A stretch of DNA of 64,000 nucleotides from Actinomycetota bacterium (GCA_045805285.1 JBJMLN010000121.1:8126-72125); one strand, 5' to 3'; shown: positions 47,870-58,159, numbered from the stretch's first letter. Notes: generated by a model from the letters alone, not told the origin. Numbers and translations are program-made.

Positions 47870-49906
47870 ATGACCCGGGCGTCAGACGAGCTCAAGCGGC
47901 TCCGGAGCCTCATCTCCGACCTGGACGCCATCGTCTGGGAGGCCGAGCCCGAGACCCTCCGCTACACGTTCGTCAGCGAGCGCGCCGAGGACATCCTCGG
48001 CTACCGCCCGAGGGACTGGATCGCGAACCCCGAGTTCTGGGGTGACCACATCCATCCCGACGACCGCGCGGCGACGATCGCGTTCAGCCGCGCCGCCGTC
48101 GCGCGAGGCGACGACTACGACGTCGAGTACCGCTTCATCTCCTCCGACGGCTCCGTCACGTGGATCCGAGACCTCGTCCACGTCGTCAGCGACGAGCGTG
48201 GGCACGCGGAGTCCCTCCGCGGCCTGATGGTGGACGTCACCGACCAGAAGATGACGGAGGCGCGCCTCCAGGAGGCCGAGGAGAAGTACCGCACGCTCGT
48301 GGAGCGCCTCCCCGCGATCGTGTACTCGGAGAACGGCAACGCGGCGATCGCGGCCATGTCCTACATCTCTCCGCAGGTGGAGCGCACCCTCGGCTACGCC
48401 TCAGAGGAGTGGCTCCGCAATCCCGAGCTCTGGCGGAGCGTCGTGCACCCCGACGACCGCGCACGGGTAGAGCTCCAGAACCAACGTGCGCTGAAGGCGG
48501 GCACGCCGTTCGTCTCCGAGTACCGGGCGGTCTCCCGCTCGGGAGAGACCGTGTGGTTCCGCGACGAGGCGGTGCCGCTCCGAGACGCGAACGGAGAGGT
48601 GCTGTCGTGGCAGGGCGTGATGCTCGACGTCACGGCGACGAGGCGAGCGGAACAGCAACTGGCCCGCGCGGAGCGCCGATACAAGACGCTCGTGGAGCAG
48701 TCGCCGGTTGTCACCTACATCGACGCGTTCACCAACGGGGACGAGGCGCGCGCCAATGGGGACGAGGCGCTCACCCCCGAGTCCACGATCTACATCTCCC
48801 CGCAGGTCGAGGAGCTCCTCGGTTACACCCCGAAGGAGTGGACGAGCGATGCGAACCTGTGGGAGCGGATCCTGCACCCCGAGGACCGCGAATGGGTGCT
48901 CGCGAAGTCGCGGAGGCACGGCCGCAGCGCCAAGCCGTACGGGCTCGAATACCGCCTGCAGGGGAAGGATGGAAGCGTCGTCTGGGTGCACGACTGGGCG
49001 ATCGTGATCCGCGACGACGAGGGAAACCCGAAGTACTGGCAGGGGGTGATGGTCGACATCACCGGCGAGAAGCGTTCCGAGGAGCTCGAGCAGGCGCTGG
49101 AGAAGGAGCGCCTCTCCGTCGACCAGCTCCGCGAGATGGACGAGACGAAGAACACGTTCATCCAGGCGGTGTCGCACGACCTCCGCACACCGCTCGCCGC
49201 GATCCTCGGCATGGCGCTGACCTTGGAGCGCGACGACGTCCAGCTCGAGCCCGACGAGGCGAAGGAGATGGCCGGACGCATCGCCGCGAACGCGCGGAAG
49301 CTCGACCGGCTGGTGAACGACCTGTTGGATCTCGACCGGCTCGGGCGCGGCATCGTGGAGCTCGATCTCCAGCCCGTCGACGTCGGCGCGTTGATCTGGC
49401 GCGAGGTCGCGGACTCCGGCGTGGTCACGCAGCGGCGCGTCCGCATCGAGAGCGAACCGATCACCGTCAACGTGGACGAGGCGATGGTCGAGCGCATCAT
49501 CGAGAACCTGCTCGCGAACACCGTCCGGCACACGCCTGCGGATACCTCCGTGTGGGTCTCCGTCCATCCCGCGGACGGCGGCGTGTTGATCTCCGTGGAG
49601 GACGACGGCCCGGGCGTTCCGGAGGAGGAACGCGCGGGCATCTTCGAGCCGTTCCGCCGCGGTCCGGAGGGAACGGGTTCGGGCGTCGGTGTGGGCCTCG
49701 CGCTCGTCGCGAAGTTCGCGGAGCTCCACGGCGGTCGCGCGTGGGTCGAGGAACGCGAAGGCGGCGGCGCGTCCTTCAAGGTGCTGCTCTCGACCGAGTC
49801 GGCGCGTCCGTCTGACGAGGGTGCGGAGCGCTTCGACGAGTCCGACGGAACTCCGGAGAGCAACGGTGACGGAAAGACCTCCGCCGAGGAGGACGACGGA
49901 GCCTAG
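47870..49906 (+). CDS. Cytoplasmic triple-PAS sensor histidine kinase
   Basis: Three PAS/PAC repeats (IHPDDR, VHPDDR, LHPEDR), VSHDLRTPL, ENLLAN, DDGPG, GVGLAL. Confidence 0.93.
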   Translation: MTRASDELKRLRSLISDLDAIVWEAEPETLRYTFVSERAEDILGYRPRDWIANPEFWGDHIHPDDRAATIAFSRAAVARGDDYDVEYRFISSDGSVTWIRDLVHVVSDERGHAESLRGLMVDVTDQKMTEARLQEAEEKYRTLVERLPAIVYSENGNAAIAAMSYISPQVERTLGYASEEWLRNPELWRSVVHPDDRARVELQNQRALKAGTPFVSEYRAVSRSGETVWFRDEAVPLRDANGEVLSWQGVMLDVTATRRAEQQLARAERRYKTLVEQSPVVTYIDAFTNGDEARANGDEALTPESTIYISPQVEELLGYTPKEWTSDANLWERILHPEDREWVLAKSRRHGRSAKPYGLEYRLQGKDGSVVWVHDWAIVIRDDEGNPKYWQGVMVDITGEKRSEELEQALEKERLSVDQLREMDETKNTFIQAVSHDLRTPLAAILGMALTLERDDVQLEPDEAKEMAGRIAANARKLDRLVNDLLDLDRLGRGIVELDLQPVDVGALIWREVADSGVVTQRRVRIESEPITVNVDEAMVERIIENLLANTVRHTPADTSVWVSVHPADGGVLISVEDDGPGVPEEERAGIFEPFRRGPEGTGSGVGVGLALVAKFAELHGGRAWVEEREGGGASFKVLLSTESARPSDEGAERFDESDGTPESNGDGKTSAEEDDGA

Positions 49907-50823
49907 GTCATCTCCGCGAGCGGAACGAGCGACTCCGCGTCGGCGCGGATCTTTCCGGAGGCCTGGAGCCGCTCCAGCCATCCTGGCGGGAGTTCCGATG
50001 CGCCGACCGCAGCACCGAGGAGTGCTCCCGCAACGGCAGCGTTCGTGTCGGTGTCTCCTCCGAGCCGGACGACACGGACGAGCTCCTCTTCGACGTCAAG
50101 CGATCGCGCGACGGCCTGGAGACCGATCGCGGCGGTGTAGAGACAGAAGCCCTGATCCGGGCCGTCCACCGCACGCGTCCAGCCGACCGCGTCGACGAGG
50201 AACTCGAGCTCCTCTCCTCCGGGGCGGTCGAGAACGACCTCGACGGTCTTGCGGACGGCTGCTTCCGCGTCTTCGCCGCGGATGAGCGCCGCAACCGTCA
50301 GCGTGACGGCGACGACGGCGGTCCGGCAACGCTCGTCGTAGTGCGTCAGCGCGGAGAGCCACGGTGCTAGGCCGAGGAGGGTGATCGGCCGGTTCGCGTA
50401 CGCGGCCCCGAGCGGCGCGCAGTACATCACCGAGCCGTTGCCGGCGGAGACCTCCGGCCCGCGCTCCTGCCAGACGGCCTCGGCCGCCTTCTCCGCGTCC
50501 TCGCCCGCCTCGACGCGGCGGAGGACCCGTCGGGTCAGCGCTCCGACGTCCTGGGGATCGGAGTTGAGCCAGCGGAGATGGCGCGCCATCAGGTCGGCCG
50601 GAACGAGGGCGCCATTCTGCACGAGGCTCCGCACGAGGTTGAGCGCCATGGCGGTGTCGTCGGTCGTGGTGCCCGGCGGGAGGCCCATCCACGGTCGCCC
50701 GAACGGGACCAGCGGGTCGGGAACATCATCGCGGCGGGAGAACTCATACGGGGCTCCGAGCGCGTCGCCCAGGGCGAGCCCGAGCACTGAGCCGACGACC
50801 CGGTCGGCGATGTCCGCAGCCAC
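49903..50823 (-). CDS. ADP-ribosylglycohydrolase (DraG family)
   Basis: LGLALGDALG, TTDDTAMA, SAGNGSVM, LGGDTDTNAAVAG. Confidence 0.93.
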   Translation of the reverse strand: MAADIADRVVGSVLGLALGDALGAPYEFSRRDDVPDPLVPFGRPWMGLPPGTTTDDTAMALNLVRSLVQNGALVPADLMARHLRWLNSDPQDVGALTRRVLRRVEAGEDAEKAAEAVWQERGPEVSAGNGSVMYCAPLGAAYANRPITLLGLAPWLSALTHYDERCRTAVVAVTLTVAALIRGEDAEAAVRKTVEVVLDRPGGEELEFLVDAVGWTRAVDGPDQGFCLYTAAIGLQAVARSLDVEEELVRVVRLGGDTDTNAAVAGALLGAAVGASELPPGWLERLQASGKIRADAESLVPLAEMT

Positions 50824-50913
50824 GGCGCAGGAGACTAACGGGCGGTTCCGGCCGCAGCGGGAGGCGTGCCTGCGGGTCAGCTGGCCGGGACCGCTGCTAG
50901 GCTTGCCGGACCG

Positions 50914-51525
50914 ATGGACAAGCTCGGACCCCGACATCGCATGTGCCGCCGCGTGGGCGAAGCCCTCTGCGGCCGGCCGAACTGTCCCGCCCTCAAGCGG
51001 CCGTATCCGCCGGGCCAGCACGGCCGAGGCCGTAAGCGCCCGACGGAGTTCCACATGCGCCTGGTGGAGAAGCAGAAGCTCCGCGCGATCTACAACGTCG
51101 GCGAGCGCCAGATGCTCAACTACTTCACGCGGGCGAACTCCCGGAAGGGCGTCACCGGCGAGGAGCTCCTGCGCGAGCTGGAGTCGCGGCTCGACACGGT
51201 GGTGCTGAGGCTGGGGTTCGCGCTCACGATGCGCCAGGCCCGTCAGCTCGTCTCCCACGGACACGTAACCGTGAACGGCAAGCGCGTCGACGTCCCGAGC
51301 GCGAAGGTCAAGCCCGAATCGACGGTCGAGGTCGTTCCGAAGGCGCGCGCCTTCGTCGGCGTCCGCGAGGCGTTGGAGATCGCTCCCGAGCCGCCCGACT
51401 ACCTCTACCGGAACAAGGAGCAGTACCAGGGAACGCTCTCGCGTCTCCCCGAGCGCGACGAGGTTCCACTCCCGGTACCGTTGGAGGAGCGTCTCGTCGT
51501 GGAGTACTACTCGCCGCGCACCTAG
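50914..51525 (+). CDS. rpsD: 30S ribosomal protein S4 (stand-alone)
   Basis: [50 protein letters not shown]. Confidence 0.95.
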   Translation: MDKLGPRHRMCRRVGEALCGRPNCPALKRPYPPGQHGRGRKRPTEFHMRLVEKQKLRAIYNVGERQMLNYFTRANSRKGVTGEELLRELESRLDTVVLRLGFALTMRQARQLVSHGHVTVNGKRVDVPSAKVKPESTVEVVPKARAFVGVREALEIAPEPPDYLYRNKEQYQGTLSRLPERDEVPLPVPLEERLVVEYYSPRT

Positions 51526-52142
51526 GCGTCCGGCGTCTCTCCCGGCTCGAGCGCGCGCCTGACGAATCGGACGACCTCGCGCTCGCGCATCTTCAACGCG
51601 GTGCGGCCCTTGTCCTCTCCGACGACGGCGGTCAGGACGCTCGCCTCCGTGAGCGATCCGATCACTGCCGTGTACAAGGTGAACAGCAGCAGCGCCGGGT
51701 CTTGGCGGCGGATCATCCCGTCCTTCATCCCCGTCTCCAGGAACGCCATCGCGCGGATCCGGAGCGGCTCCAGCGCGCCCGCGAAGCGTTGGAACGCATC
51801 CGGCCCGAGCCGTCCGGCTTCGCGGACGAACATCGGGAACTCCGGCCACTCTCCCGCGAGCTGGAACACCGCGTGGATCACCGCCTCCGCGCGGTCCCAG
51901 GCGGAGTCCTTCTCCTCGATCGCCTCGGTGATGGCCTCCGAGAGTCGTTCGCCGGCGGCGGCGAGACACGCCTCCAGCAGCGCCTCCTTCGTCGGGAAGT
52001 AGTACAGGAGCGTTTGCTTGCGGATCCCGACCGCGGACGCGATCGCGTCGAGCGACGTGGCGTTGTAGCCGTCGCGGCCGAACGCCTGGATCGCTTCCTC
52101 GATCAGGAGGTGCTTGCGCTGCTCTCCGCTCGGGCGGGTCAT
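51522..52142 (-). CDS. TetR/AcrR family regulator
   Basis: [36 protein letters not shown]; ATG overlaps the acyltransferase stop. Confidence 0.93.
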   Translation of the reverse strand: MTRPSGEQRKHLLIEEAIQAFGRDGYNATSLDAIASAVGIRKQTLLYYFPTKEALLEACLAAAGERLSEAITEAIEEKDSAWDRAEAVIHAVFQLAGEWPEFPMFVREAGRLGPDAFQRFAGALEPLRIRAMAFLETGMKDGMIRRQDPALLLFTLYTAVIGSLTEASVLTAVVGEDKGRTALKMREREVVRFVRRALEPGETPDA

Positions 52143-53044
52143 TTCCAGGCCGACGGCTTCCCGCGACGCGGCGACTTCGAGCCCTCCCAGATACGGAGCC
52201 ATGACGGGCCCTGAGGCCCGGAGGAAGCCGGCGTCTCGCCGTGCTCGGCGCGCTGCAGCGCCTCCCACCACGTCGTGCGGTCTTCGTCGAGGAGCGCCGC
52301 GATCGCCTGGGTCATCCTTCGGGAGACGTCCTGATGCGTCTCTCCCTCCTCGGGATAGAGCGGGCGGCCGTACCGCACCGAGATCGGAGGACGACCCGGC
52401 CTCGGCCAGCTGCGACCCTTCGGCATCGCCGCGTACGCGCCGCGGATGCCGATCGGAACGACGGGGATCCCGAGCTCGATCGACAGTCGCGCAGCCCCGT
52501 GGCGAAAGCGCTGCGTCCACCCGTCTGGAGAGCGACCCCCTTCGGGAAACACGACGAGCGACCAGCCGTCGCGGACGAGCTCCTTGGCGGTATCAGTTGC
52601 GCCGGAACCTCCGGCCCGGTCGATCGGGAACGCCGCGTACGCGAGCGCGGTGAAGGCTCCACGCCACCAGACGTCGAAGAAGTAGTCCTTCGCCGCTCCG
52701 ACCGCCGTCTTCTCGCGGAACCGGTCCGGGAGCGACGTCATGATCAGCGACGCGTCGAGGTGGCTCGTGTGGTTGGAGACGAACATCACGGGGCCGCGGA
52801 CGCCCGCCAGCCGGTCGAGCCCATGGACCCGCGGCGCGGTCTCGCTCCAGACGACCGGCCGCAGCCCGTAGCGGAGGATCAGCTCTCTCGCTGCTCCCGC
52901 CGCCGGCGTCCGCGCCCATGCGGTCGGAAACACATCGGGCTCAGGCTCCGGCGCGTACGGCAGCGCCGACCGCGGAACGAGCGGCCGGCGGCCCCATCTC
53001 CAGCCGCGGGCGATCTCGTTCAGGTCGTCGCGCACGCTCGCCAT
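52139..53044 (-). CDS. Lysophospholipid/glycerol-phosphate acyltransferase (PlsC family)
   Basis: VSNHTSHLD (HX4D), FPEGGRSPDG, VPIGI. Confidence 0.92.
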   Translation of the reverse strand: MASVRDDLNEIARGWRWGRRPLVPRSALPYAPEPEPDVFPTAWARTPAAGAARELILRYGLRPVVWSETAPRVHGLDRLAGVRGPVMFVSNHTSHLDASLIMTSLPDRFREKTAVGAAKDYFFDVWWRGAFTALAYAAFPIDRAGGSGATDTAKELVRDGWSLVVFPEGGRSPDGWTQRFRHGAARLSIELGIPVVPIGIRGAYAAMPKGRSWPRPGRPPISVRYGRPLYPEEGETHQDVSRRMTQAIAALLDEDRTTWWEALQRAEHGETPASSGPQGPSWLRIWEGSKSPRRGKPSAWK

Positions 53045-54627
53045 CAGTGCACGTCCGCGATGGCGAGCGGAGGGTTGTGGAAGTACGTGATCGAGGGGCT
53101 TCTCCCGACAGTCTCGCCCGCCATCTCCAGCGCGTCGGAGAACGACGTCGCCGACCGGAACCCCATCCGCGCGGCCGCCTTGCGATTCCCTCCGACGAAG
53201 ATGACGTCGCCGAGATAGTCGAGCGCGTGCGCTCCCCAGTACCACATGTAGAACGGGTGCACGCCGTGGTACGCGTAGCTCGTCCGATACAGGTTGATGT
53301 ACCAGGGGTCGGTCGCGTACTGCTCCTCGTACTTCGACTCGATCGTGCTCGGGTCCGTCGTCGCCGCAAGAACCTCCTCGTAGAAGTCGACGTAGGAGGG
53401 ATGGTGGATCTGGTTGAACTCCGGCTCCAGCGGATGGAACAGGATCATCGCGCCGCCGGGCCGAACGAGCGGCTTGTTCCGATACATGTTGAACAGGTAT
53501 CCGAGCCCGAGGCAGTGCGCGAGGATCGGGTTCATGATCGAGTTCACGTTGTACGGGCAGATGTACGGGAGCCCGACGACGAGGATGTCGGACTGCCCCT
53601 GCACCTCCACCAGCTGCTGCTTGTGGAGGTTCGCGAGCGTGATCTCGTGGACGGCCTCCGTCTCCCCCGCGGTGACGCCGGTGACCTTGTAGGGCGCCTC
53701 GATGCGGCGGAACACCTCGCGACGGATCCGCGAGGGTGCCATGTCGTTCGCCTTCTTCGCCGCGTAGAACGTCGCCTGGTCGGTGACCGACCACTCCCAC
53801 TCCCGTTTGTTCAGGAACCCGAACTGCTTCGGAAACGTGTCATTGTTGAGAGTCGTCTCGATCGTGAAGATGCGGACGTGCTCGGCGAGCAGGCGACCCA
53901 TCCGCGTCGCGGAGTCGTGGATCGCGGAGTGGCCCTCCCTCGGGTCCATGTACGAGCGCGAGTGCAGCATCGTCTCCACGTTGTGGTGGTGCTTCAACGA
54001 CTTGTAGGAGGCGAGTCCGACCGGCACGGACTTGTGGCCGCCGTCCATCGCGACGAGGTTGATGTTGACGTAGACGATCAGGTCCGACTCCGCGGCGCGG
54101 CGGTTGATCTCCACGTCCTCGCCCCGGTCGGTCACGCCGACATGGAGAAGGTTGTCGCGATCCTCCGCGTCGTGGTTCTTCAGGTGCTTCGGATAGAACG
54201 AGCGGAAGACGCGCTCGCCCACCGCGCGGCGGATCTCCGCGGCGGTCATCCTGCGGTGCAACGAGTTCGCGACGACGAGCTCGACGTCCTCGACGCCCTT
54301 GCGCGCAGCGAGCTCGATCACGTGCTCGATGATCCGCTGCCGGATGTCCGGCGCGACCATCGGCGGCAACGGCAGCGAGATGTCGTCGAACGCGATCGTG
54401 AGCTTCATGTCGGGTTTCAAAAGCTCCGACAGGGGCTCGGAGTTCTGCGGATGAAGGAGCGCGTCGCGAATCGCGGCGTCCACGTCTCCGATGCCCGGCA
54501 GAGGGTCCGGCGGATAGACGACCCGCGTTCCCATCGGAAACTTCTGCAGGCGGAAGCCCTCTCCCTCGTGAACGAGGAGCGGCGGCGTGCGTTCGTCCAC
54601 GTCCAGCACGAATCCCGGTCTCGTCAT
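53044..54627 (-). CDS. LarA (lactate racemase/DUF2088)-domain protein
   Basis: DVDAAIRDALLHP, IAFDDISLP, NSLHRRM, HDAED, INRRAAESDLIV, DGGHKS. Confidence 0.85.
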   Translation of the reverse strand: MTRPGFVLDVDERTPPLLVHEGEGFRLQKFPMGTRVVYPPDPLPGIGDVDAAIRDALLHPQNSEPLSELLKPDMKLTIAFDDISLPLPPMVAPDIRQRIIEHVIELAARKGVEDVELVVANSLHRRMTAAEIRRAVGERVFRSFYPKHLKNHDAEDRDNLLHVGVTDRGEDVEINRRAAESDLIVYVNINLVAMDGGHKSVPVGLASYKSLKHHHNVETMLHSRSYMDPREGHSAIHDSATRMGRLLAEHVRIFTIETTLNNDTFPKQFGFLNKREWEWSVTDQATFYAAKKANDMAPSRIRREVFRRIEAPYKVTGVTAGETEAVHEITLANLHKQQLVEVQGQSDILVVGLPYICPYNVNSIMNPILAHCLGLGYLFNMYRNKPLVRPGGAMILFHPLEPEFNQIHHPSYVDFYEEVLAATTDPSTIESKYEEQYATDPWYINLYRTSYAYHGVHPFYMWYWGAHALDYLGDVIFVGGNRKAAARMGFRSATSFSDALEMAGETVGRSPSITYFHNPPLAIADVH

Positions 54628-54641
54628 GGGTTGAGCTCCCC

Positions 54642-55841
54642 TCAGTTCTGCATCGGATCGAACGCGACCTTGATGGTTCCGAGCTTTCCGGCGCCGAACG
54701 CGTGGTCGATGGCGTCGCGCCAGCGGTTGAGCGGATACGTTGCGCCGACGAGCCGCTTGATCGGCGAGTCGGCAGCGAGCTCCATCGCGATGTCGAAGGA
54801 CGATCGCGTGACGCCGCCGAGCTGCTCCTCGCCGCTCGTGTACGCGCCGACGAGCTCGAGCTCGCGGAACCACACCGGAGTGAGATCCGCGCCGGCGGGA
54901 ATCCCGGTGAGCACCACGCGTCCGCCGGCTTTCGTCGTTCGCAGCGCGAGGTCGAGCGAGCTGCGCGACCCCACACACTCGAGCGTCACGTCGACGCCCC
55001 CGAGCAGGAACGGCATCCCGCGCTCCGGCGTGAGCTTCACAGAACGGGTGGCGCGTCGGAGCGAACCGATCGCGCGGTCCGGCGTCACGGTCTCCGAAGC
55101 GCCGAGCTCCATCGCCAGGTCGCGCTGATGCTCGTGCTTCGCGACGACCGTGATGCGGCCGGCGTCGGTGAGCTTCCGCAGCGCGAGCGTCGCCAGCAGC
55201 CCGACCGTGCCCGCGCCGATCACCAGGACGTCCGAGTCCGGCTCGACGTGGCCGGCCAGTGCCGCGTGGACGGCGCAGGCCAGCGGCTCGATCAGGACGG
55301 CGGGCTCATCGTCGATCGCGTCCGGAACCTCGTGGAGCTGCGACCGGTGCGCGACCAACAGACGGCTCCATCCGCCGCCGGTGTCCTTGCAGTAGCCCGT
55401 CTGCAGGCCGGCCGAGACGTGGCCCTCCGTCACGTGGTCGCAGCGTCCGAGATGACCGGAGGCGCACGCGGCGCACGGTGCGAGTCCCCGCACGTAGCAG
55501 TTCAGAACGGGGTCGAGGACGACGCGGGTGCCGGCCGCCAAGCCGTCCGCGTCGTCGAGGAGCTCTCCGACGACCTCGTGTCCGGGAACGAACGGCAGCG
55601 AGACCAACGGGGAGAAGTAGAACGACGACTTCCCGGCGAGCAGCGCGAGATCCGAGCCGCAGATGCCCGAGAGACGCGGCCTGATGCGAACCCATCCCTC
55701 GGCCGGCGGCTCAGGATCGCGTTTGTTGACCAGCCGCATCGGCGCGAGCGGCCCGGAAAGCAACCCGGGCACGCGATCTCCCACGGCCTTCGCGGCGAGG
55801 AACCGCGGGGCGGAACGGAACAGCTCCAGCGACAGGCTCAT
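54642..55841 (-). CDS. Zn-dependent alcohol dehydrogenase (MDR)
   Basis: SGICGSD, PGHEVVG, C..C..C...C structural Zn, IEPLACAVH, GAGTVG. Confidence 0.92.
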   Translation of the reverse strand: MSLSLELFRSAPRFLAAKAVGDRVPGLLSGPLAPMRLVNKRDPEPPAEGWVRIRPRLSGICGSDLALLAGKSSFYFSPLVSLPFVPGHEVVGELLDDADGLAAGTRVVLDPVLNCYVRGLAPCAACASGHLGRCDHVTEGHVSAGLQTGYCKDTGGGWSRLLVAHRSQLHEVPDAIDDEPAVLIEPLACAVHAALAGHVEPDSDVLVIGAGTVGLLATLALRKLTDAGRITVVAKHEHQRDLAMELGASETVTPDRAIGSLRRATRSVKLTPERGMPFLLGGVDVTLECVGSRSSLDLALRTTKAGGRVVLTGIPAGADLTPVWFRELELVGAYTSGEEQLGGVTRSSFDIAMELAADSPIKRLVGATYPLNRWRDAIDHAFGAGKLGTIKVAFDPMQN

Positions 55842-58123
55842 CGGATCGCTCCGGCCGGCCTCGGAAGGCGCACGCGCGGGGAACCCTCCGCCATGCCCCA
55901 CTCCTCGATCGGCCACCGTCGCCGGCGAGCCGCGCGAAGCAGCGCCGCGTCGGGACTCACCGCCACGGGGTTTCCGACGGCGCGTAGGAGCGGCAGATCG
56001 GAGTGGGAGTCCGCGTACGCGTACGACTTCTTCAGGTCGGCGCCCTCCGCCTCGGCGTAGCGGCGGAGCCACGCGGCCCGCGCCTCTCCCACCAGCGGAG
56101 GCGCCGCCATGTAGCCGGTAAACCGGCCGTCCTTGCGCGCGAGCTCCGCGGCGATCACCAGGTCGAACAGCGCCGCGATCGGCTGCACGAACTCGTCCAT
56201 CGCGGCGGTAATGAGGATCGTGCGGTGTCCGGCCGCGCGGTGCTCGCGGATCCGCCGGATCCCGGCCGCCGAGGTCTTCTGGAACATGAGCTCCGCGACG
56301 ACCTCTCGGACGAGCTTCCGAACGCCCTCGACCGAGGCTCCTTCGTAGCGGCGATAGAACGAGCGCAGGAACTCACCGCGGTCGCGGCGGTCCGCCATCA
56401 GATACGACGGGATGCGTGCCGCGACCGAGAGCATCTCTTTCGGCCACTCGTCGGGAGGAAGGTCCGCGAGTCGCGCCCACACGTAGGACTCCACGACGTT
56501 GGAGGTGAGGATCGTGCCCTCCATGTCGAAGACCGCCAGGCGGAGCTCCTCCCCTTCGGCGATGCGCACCTTCGGCGTCGTCCGCCGGGTGGAGAGGTTC
56601 CGCAAGCTCGACGTCACGGACGGGCAGTGCACGTCTTGGAGGTAGTACTTCCAGTCGATCACCGCGGAGTCGAAATAGAACGCGGCGCGGTCCTCCGCGC
56701 CGAGGGATCGATACAGCTCGAGCGTCCGGTCGTCGGTGTAGATCACCTCCGCCTCCGTGTAGGAGCCGTAGAGATCGGCGTAGCGCCGGATGAAGTCGAG
56801 CCGGTTCTTGTCCTTGTCGACGCGTCCGACGAGATCGCGCATCCGTTTCGACTTCGGGAGATGGCTGACGACCTGGTCGGCAGCCTTCGCGAGCTTCTCG
56901 CCCGTGGAAAGGAGGCGCTCCACCCTGATCGCGCCGGGAAAGCTCCATTCCGGAACTCGGATCTCGCCACGCCCGCGCTCCGGGAGCGGATGCTGTTCGA
57001 AGTACTCCCGCACGATCTCGTAGAGGCCGTGGTACTGGAGCGGGTTCCGGTTCCCCGAGCTCACGTGGAAGTACTGCGCTTTCGCTGGCTCAGGCGGCGT
57101 CGCAGCGACGACCAGCATCGCGTTGACGACGAGGTCGACGGGGATGATGTCGACGATCCCCTCGGGGATGCCCGGGAACTCGGGGATGTTCCCCTGCCCG
57201 TACGCGAGGATGATCGGCTCCGCCATCTTGAAGCCCTCGATCCATCCGGGCTGCGGATGCTCCAGCGCGCTCTCGATGATGGAGGGCCGCACGATCGAGA
57301 GCGGAAGTTCCGCGTCGCGGGCCAGCTCCTCCACCGCGCGCTCTCCCATCGCCTTCGTGAACGTGTAGAGGTCGGGCCATCCGAGCGTCTGCGCCCTCGC
57401 GCGGCCGTAGTTGACGAGGCGCTTCGTGACCCAGTCCTTGCGTCGTTGCTCCGCGTCCGCGGCGACGGTCTGGGGGCCCGCACGGGAGTGCTCCTTGCGC
57501 GCCTCGCCCATGAAATGGTCGAGGAGCTCGGGCTTGCGGGAGGCGGCCTCCACGTCGCGCCGCGCGGTGAGCGCGAGGTCGGCCTCCGTTCGCCAGTCGA
57601 CGCGGTGGTCGAGCGTCGCCTCGGGAACGACCCCCTTCTTCATGCCGGCGACGTAGGCGGTGGAGACGTGCACGAGATGCGGCGTCGAGCCGCTGTCGCG
57701 AACGGCCTCGTAGAACCGCAACGCTCCGAGGAGATTCGTCTGGAAGCCCTCGTCGATGGGGGGGTCGAACGAGACCTCTGCGGCGCAGTGGAGGACGACG
57801 TCGAGGTCGCTCGGGAAGGGTGGAGGAGCCTTGGTGAAGTCGCCCTCGACGATCTCGACCCGGTCGTCGAGGAGCCGGATCAGGCCTTCGTCGCCGTGTT
57901 CCTTGCGCAGCCCATCGAACGCCGGGCGCTTGAGGAGCGTCTCCACGCGATCGCGCCCGGTCGCGCCGAGCTGCGGCCGGACGAGCAGGACGATCCCCGC
58001 GTCAGGCACGGAGGAGAGGACCTTCCCGAACACCGCCTGGCCGAGGAATCCCGTCACACCGGTGATGAGCAGGCGTTTTCCGGCCAGGCGCTCGGCGATC
58101 GGGGCGGAGGAGTTCTCTACCAT
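55838..58123 (-). CDS. Fatty acyl-CoA reductase (NAD_binding_4) fused to HAD-IB phosphatase
   Basis: ITGVTGFLG, HVSTAYV, YTFTK (YxxxK), IVRPSII; C-terminal FDMEGTI...ITAA...YADSHSDLPLL. Confidence 0.9.
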   Translation of the reverse strand: MVENSSAPIAERLAGKRLLITGVTGFLGQAVFGKVLSSVPDAGIVLLVRPQLGATGRDRVETLLKRPAFDGLRKEHGDEGLIRLLDDRVEIVEGDFTKAPPPFPSDLDVVLHCAAEVSFDPPIDEGFQTNLLGALRFYEAVRDSGSTPHLVHVSTAYVAGMKKGVVPEATLDHRVDWRTEADLALTARRDVEAASRKPELLDHFMGEARKEHSRAGPQTVAADAEQRRKDWVTKRLVNYGRARAQTLGWPDLYTFTKAMGERAVEELARDAELPLSIVRPSIIESALEHPQPGWIEGFKMAEPIILAYGQGNIPEFPGIPEGIVDIIPVDLVVNAMLVVAATPPEPAKAQYFHVSSGNRNPLQYHGLYEIVREYFEQHPLPERGRGEIRVPEWSFPGAIRVERLLSTGEKLAKAADQVVSHLPKSKRMRDLVGRVDKDKNRLDFIRRYADLYGSYTEAEVIYTDDRTLELYRSLGAEDRAAFYFDSAVIDWKYYLQDVHCPSVTSSLRNLSTRRTTPKVRIAEGEELRLAVFDMEGTILTSNVVESYVWARLADLPPDEWPKEMLSVAARIPSYLMADRRDRGEFLRSFYRRYEGASVEGVRKLVREVVAELMFQKTSAAGIRRIREHRAAGHRTILITAAMDEFVQPIAALFDLVIAAELARKDGRFTGYMAAPPLVGEARAAWLRRYAEAEGADLKKSYAYADSHSDLPLLRAVGNPVAVSPDAALLRAARRRRWPIEEWGMAEGSPRVRLPRPAGAIR

Positions 58124-58125
58124 CC

Positions 58126-58159
58126 GGTAGATACTGGCATCTACCACTTGGTAGGTCAA
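58126..58159 (-). promoter_or_regulatory. Promoter of the lipid operon with two overlapping inverted repeats (candidate TetR operators)
   Basis: GGTAGAT-N6-ATCTACC (58126-58145), CTACCA-N2-TGGTAG (58141-58154), -35 TTGACC (58154-58159, minus strand). Confidence 0.65.
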
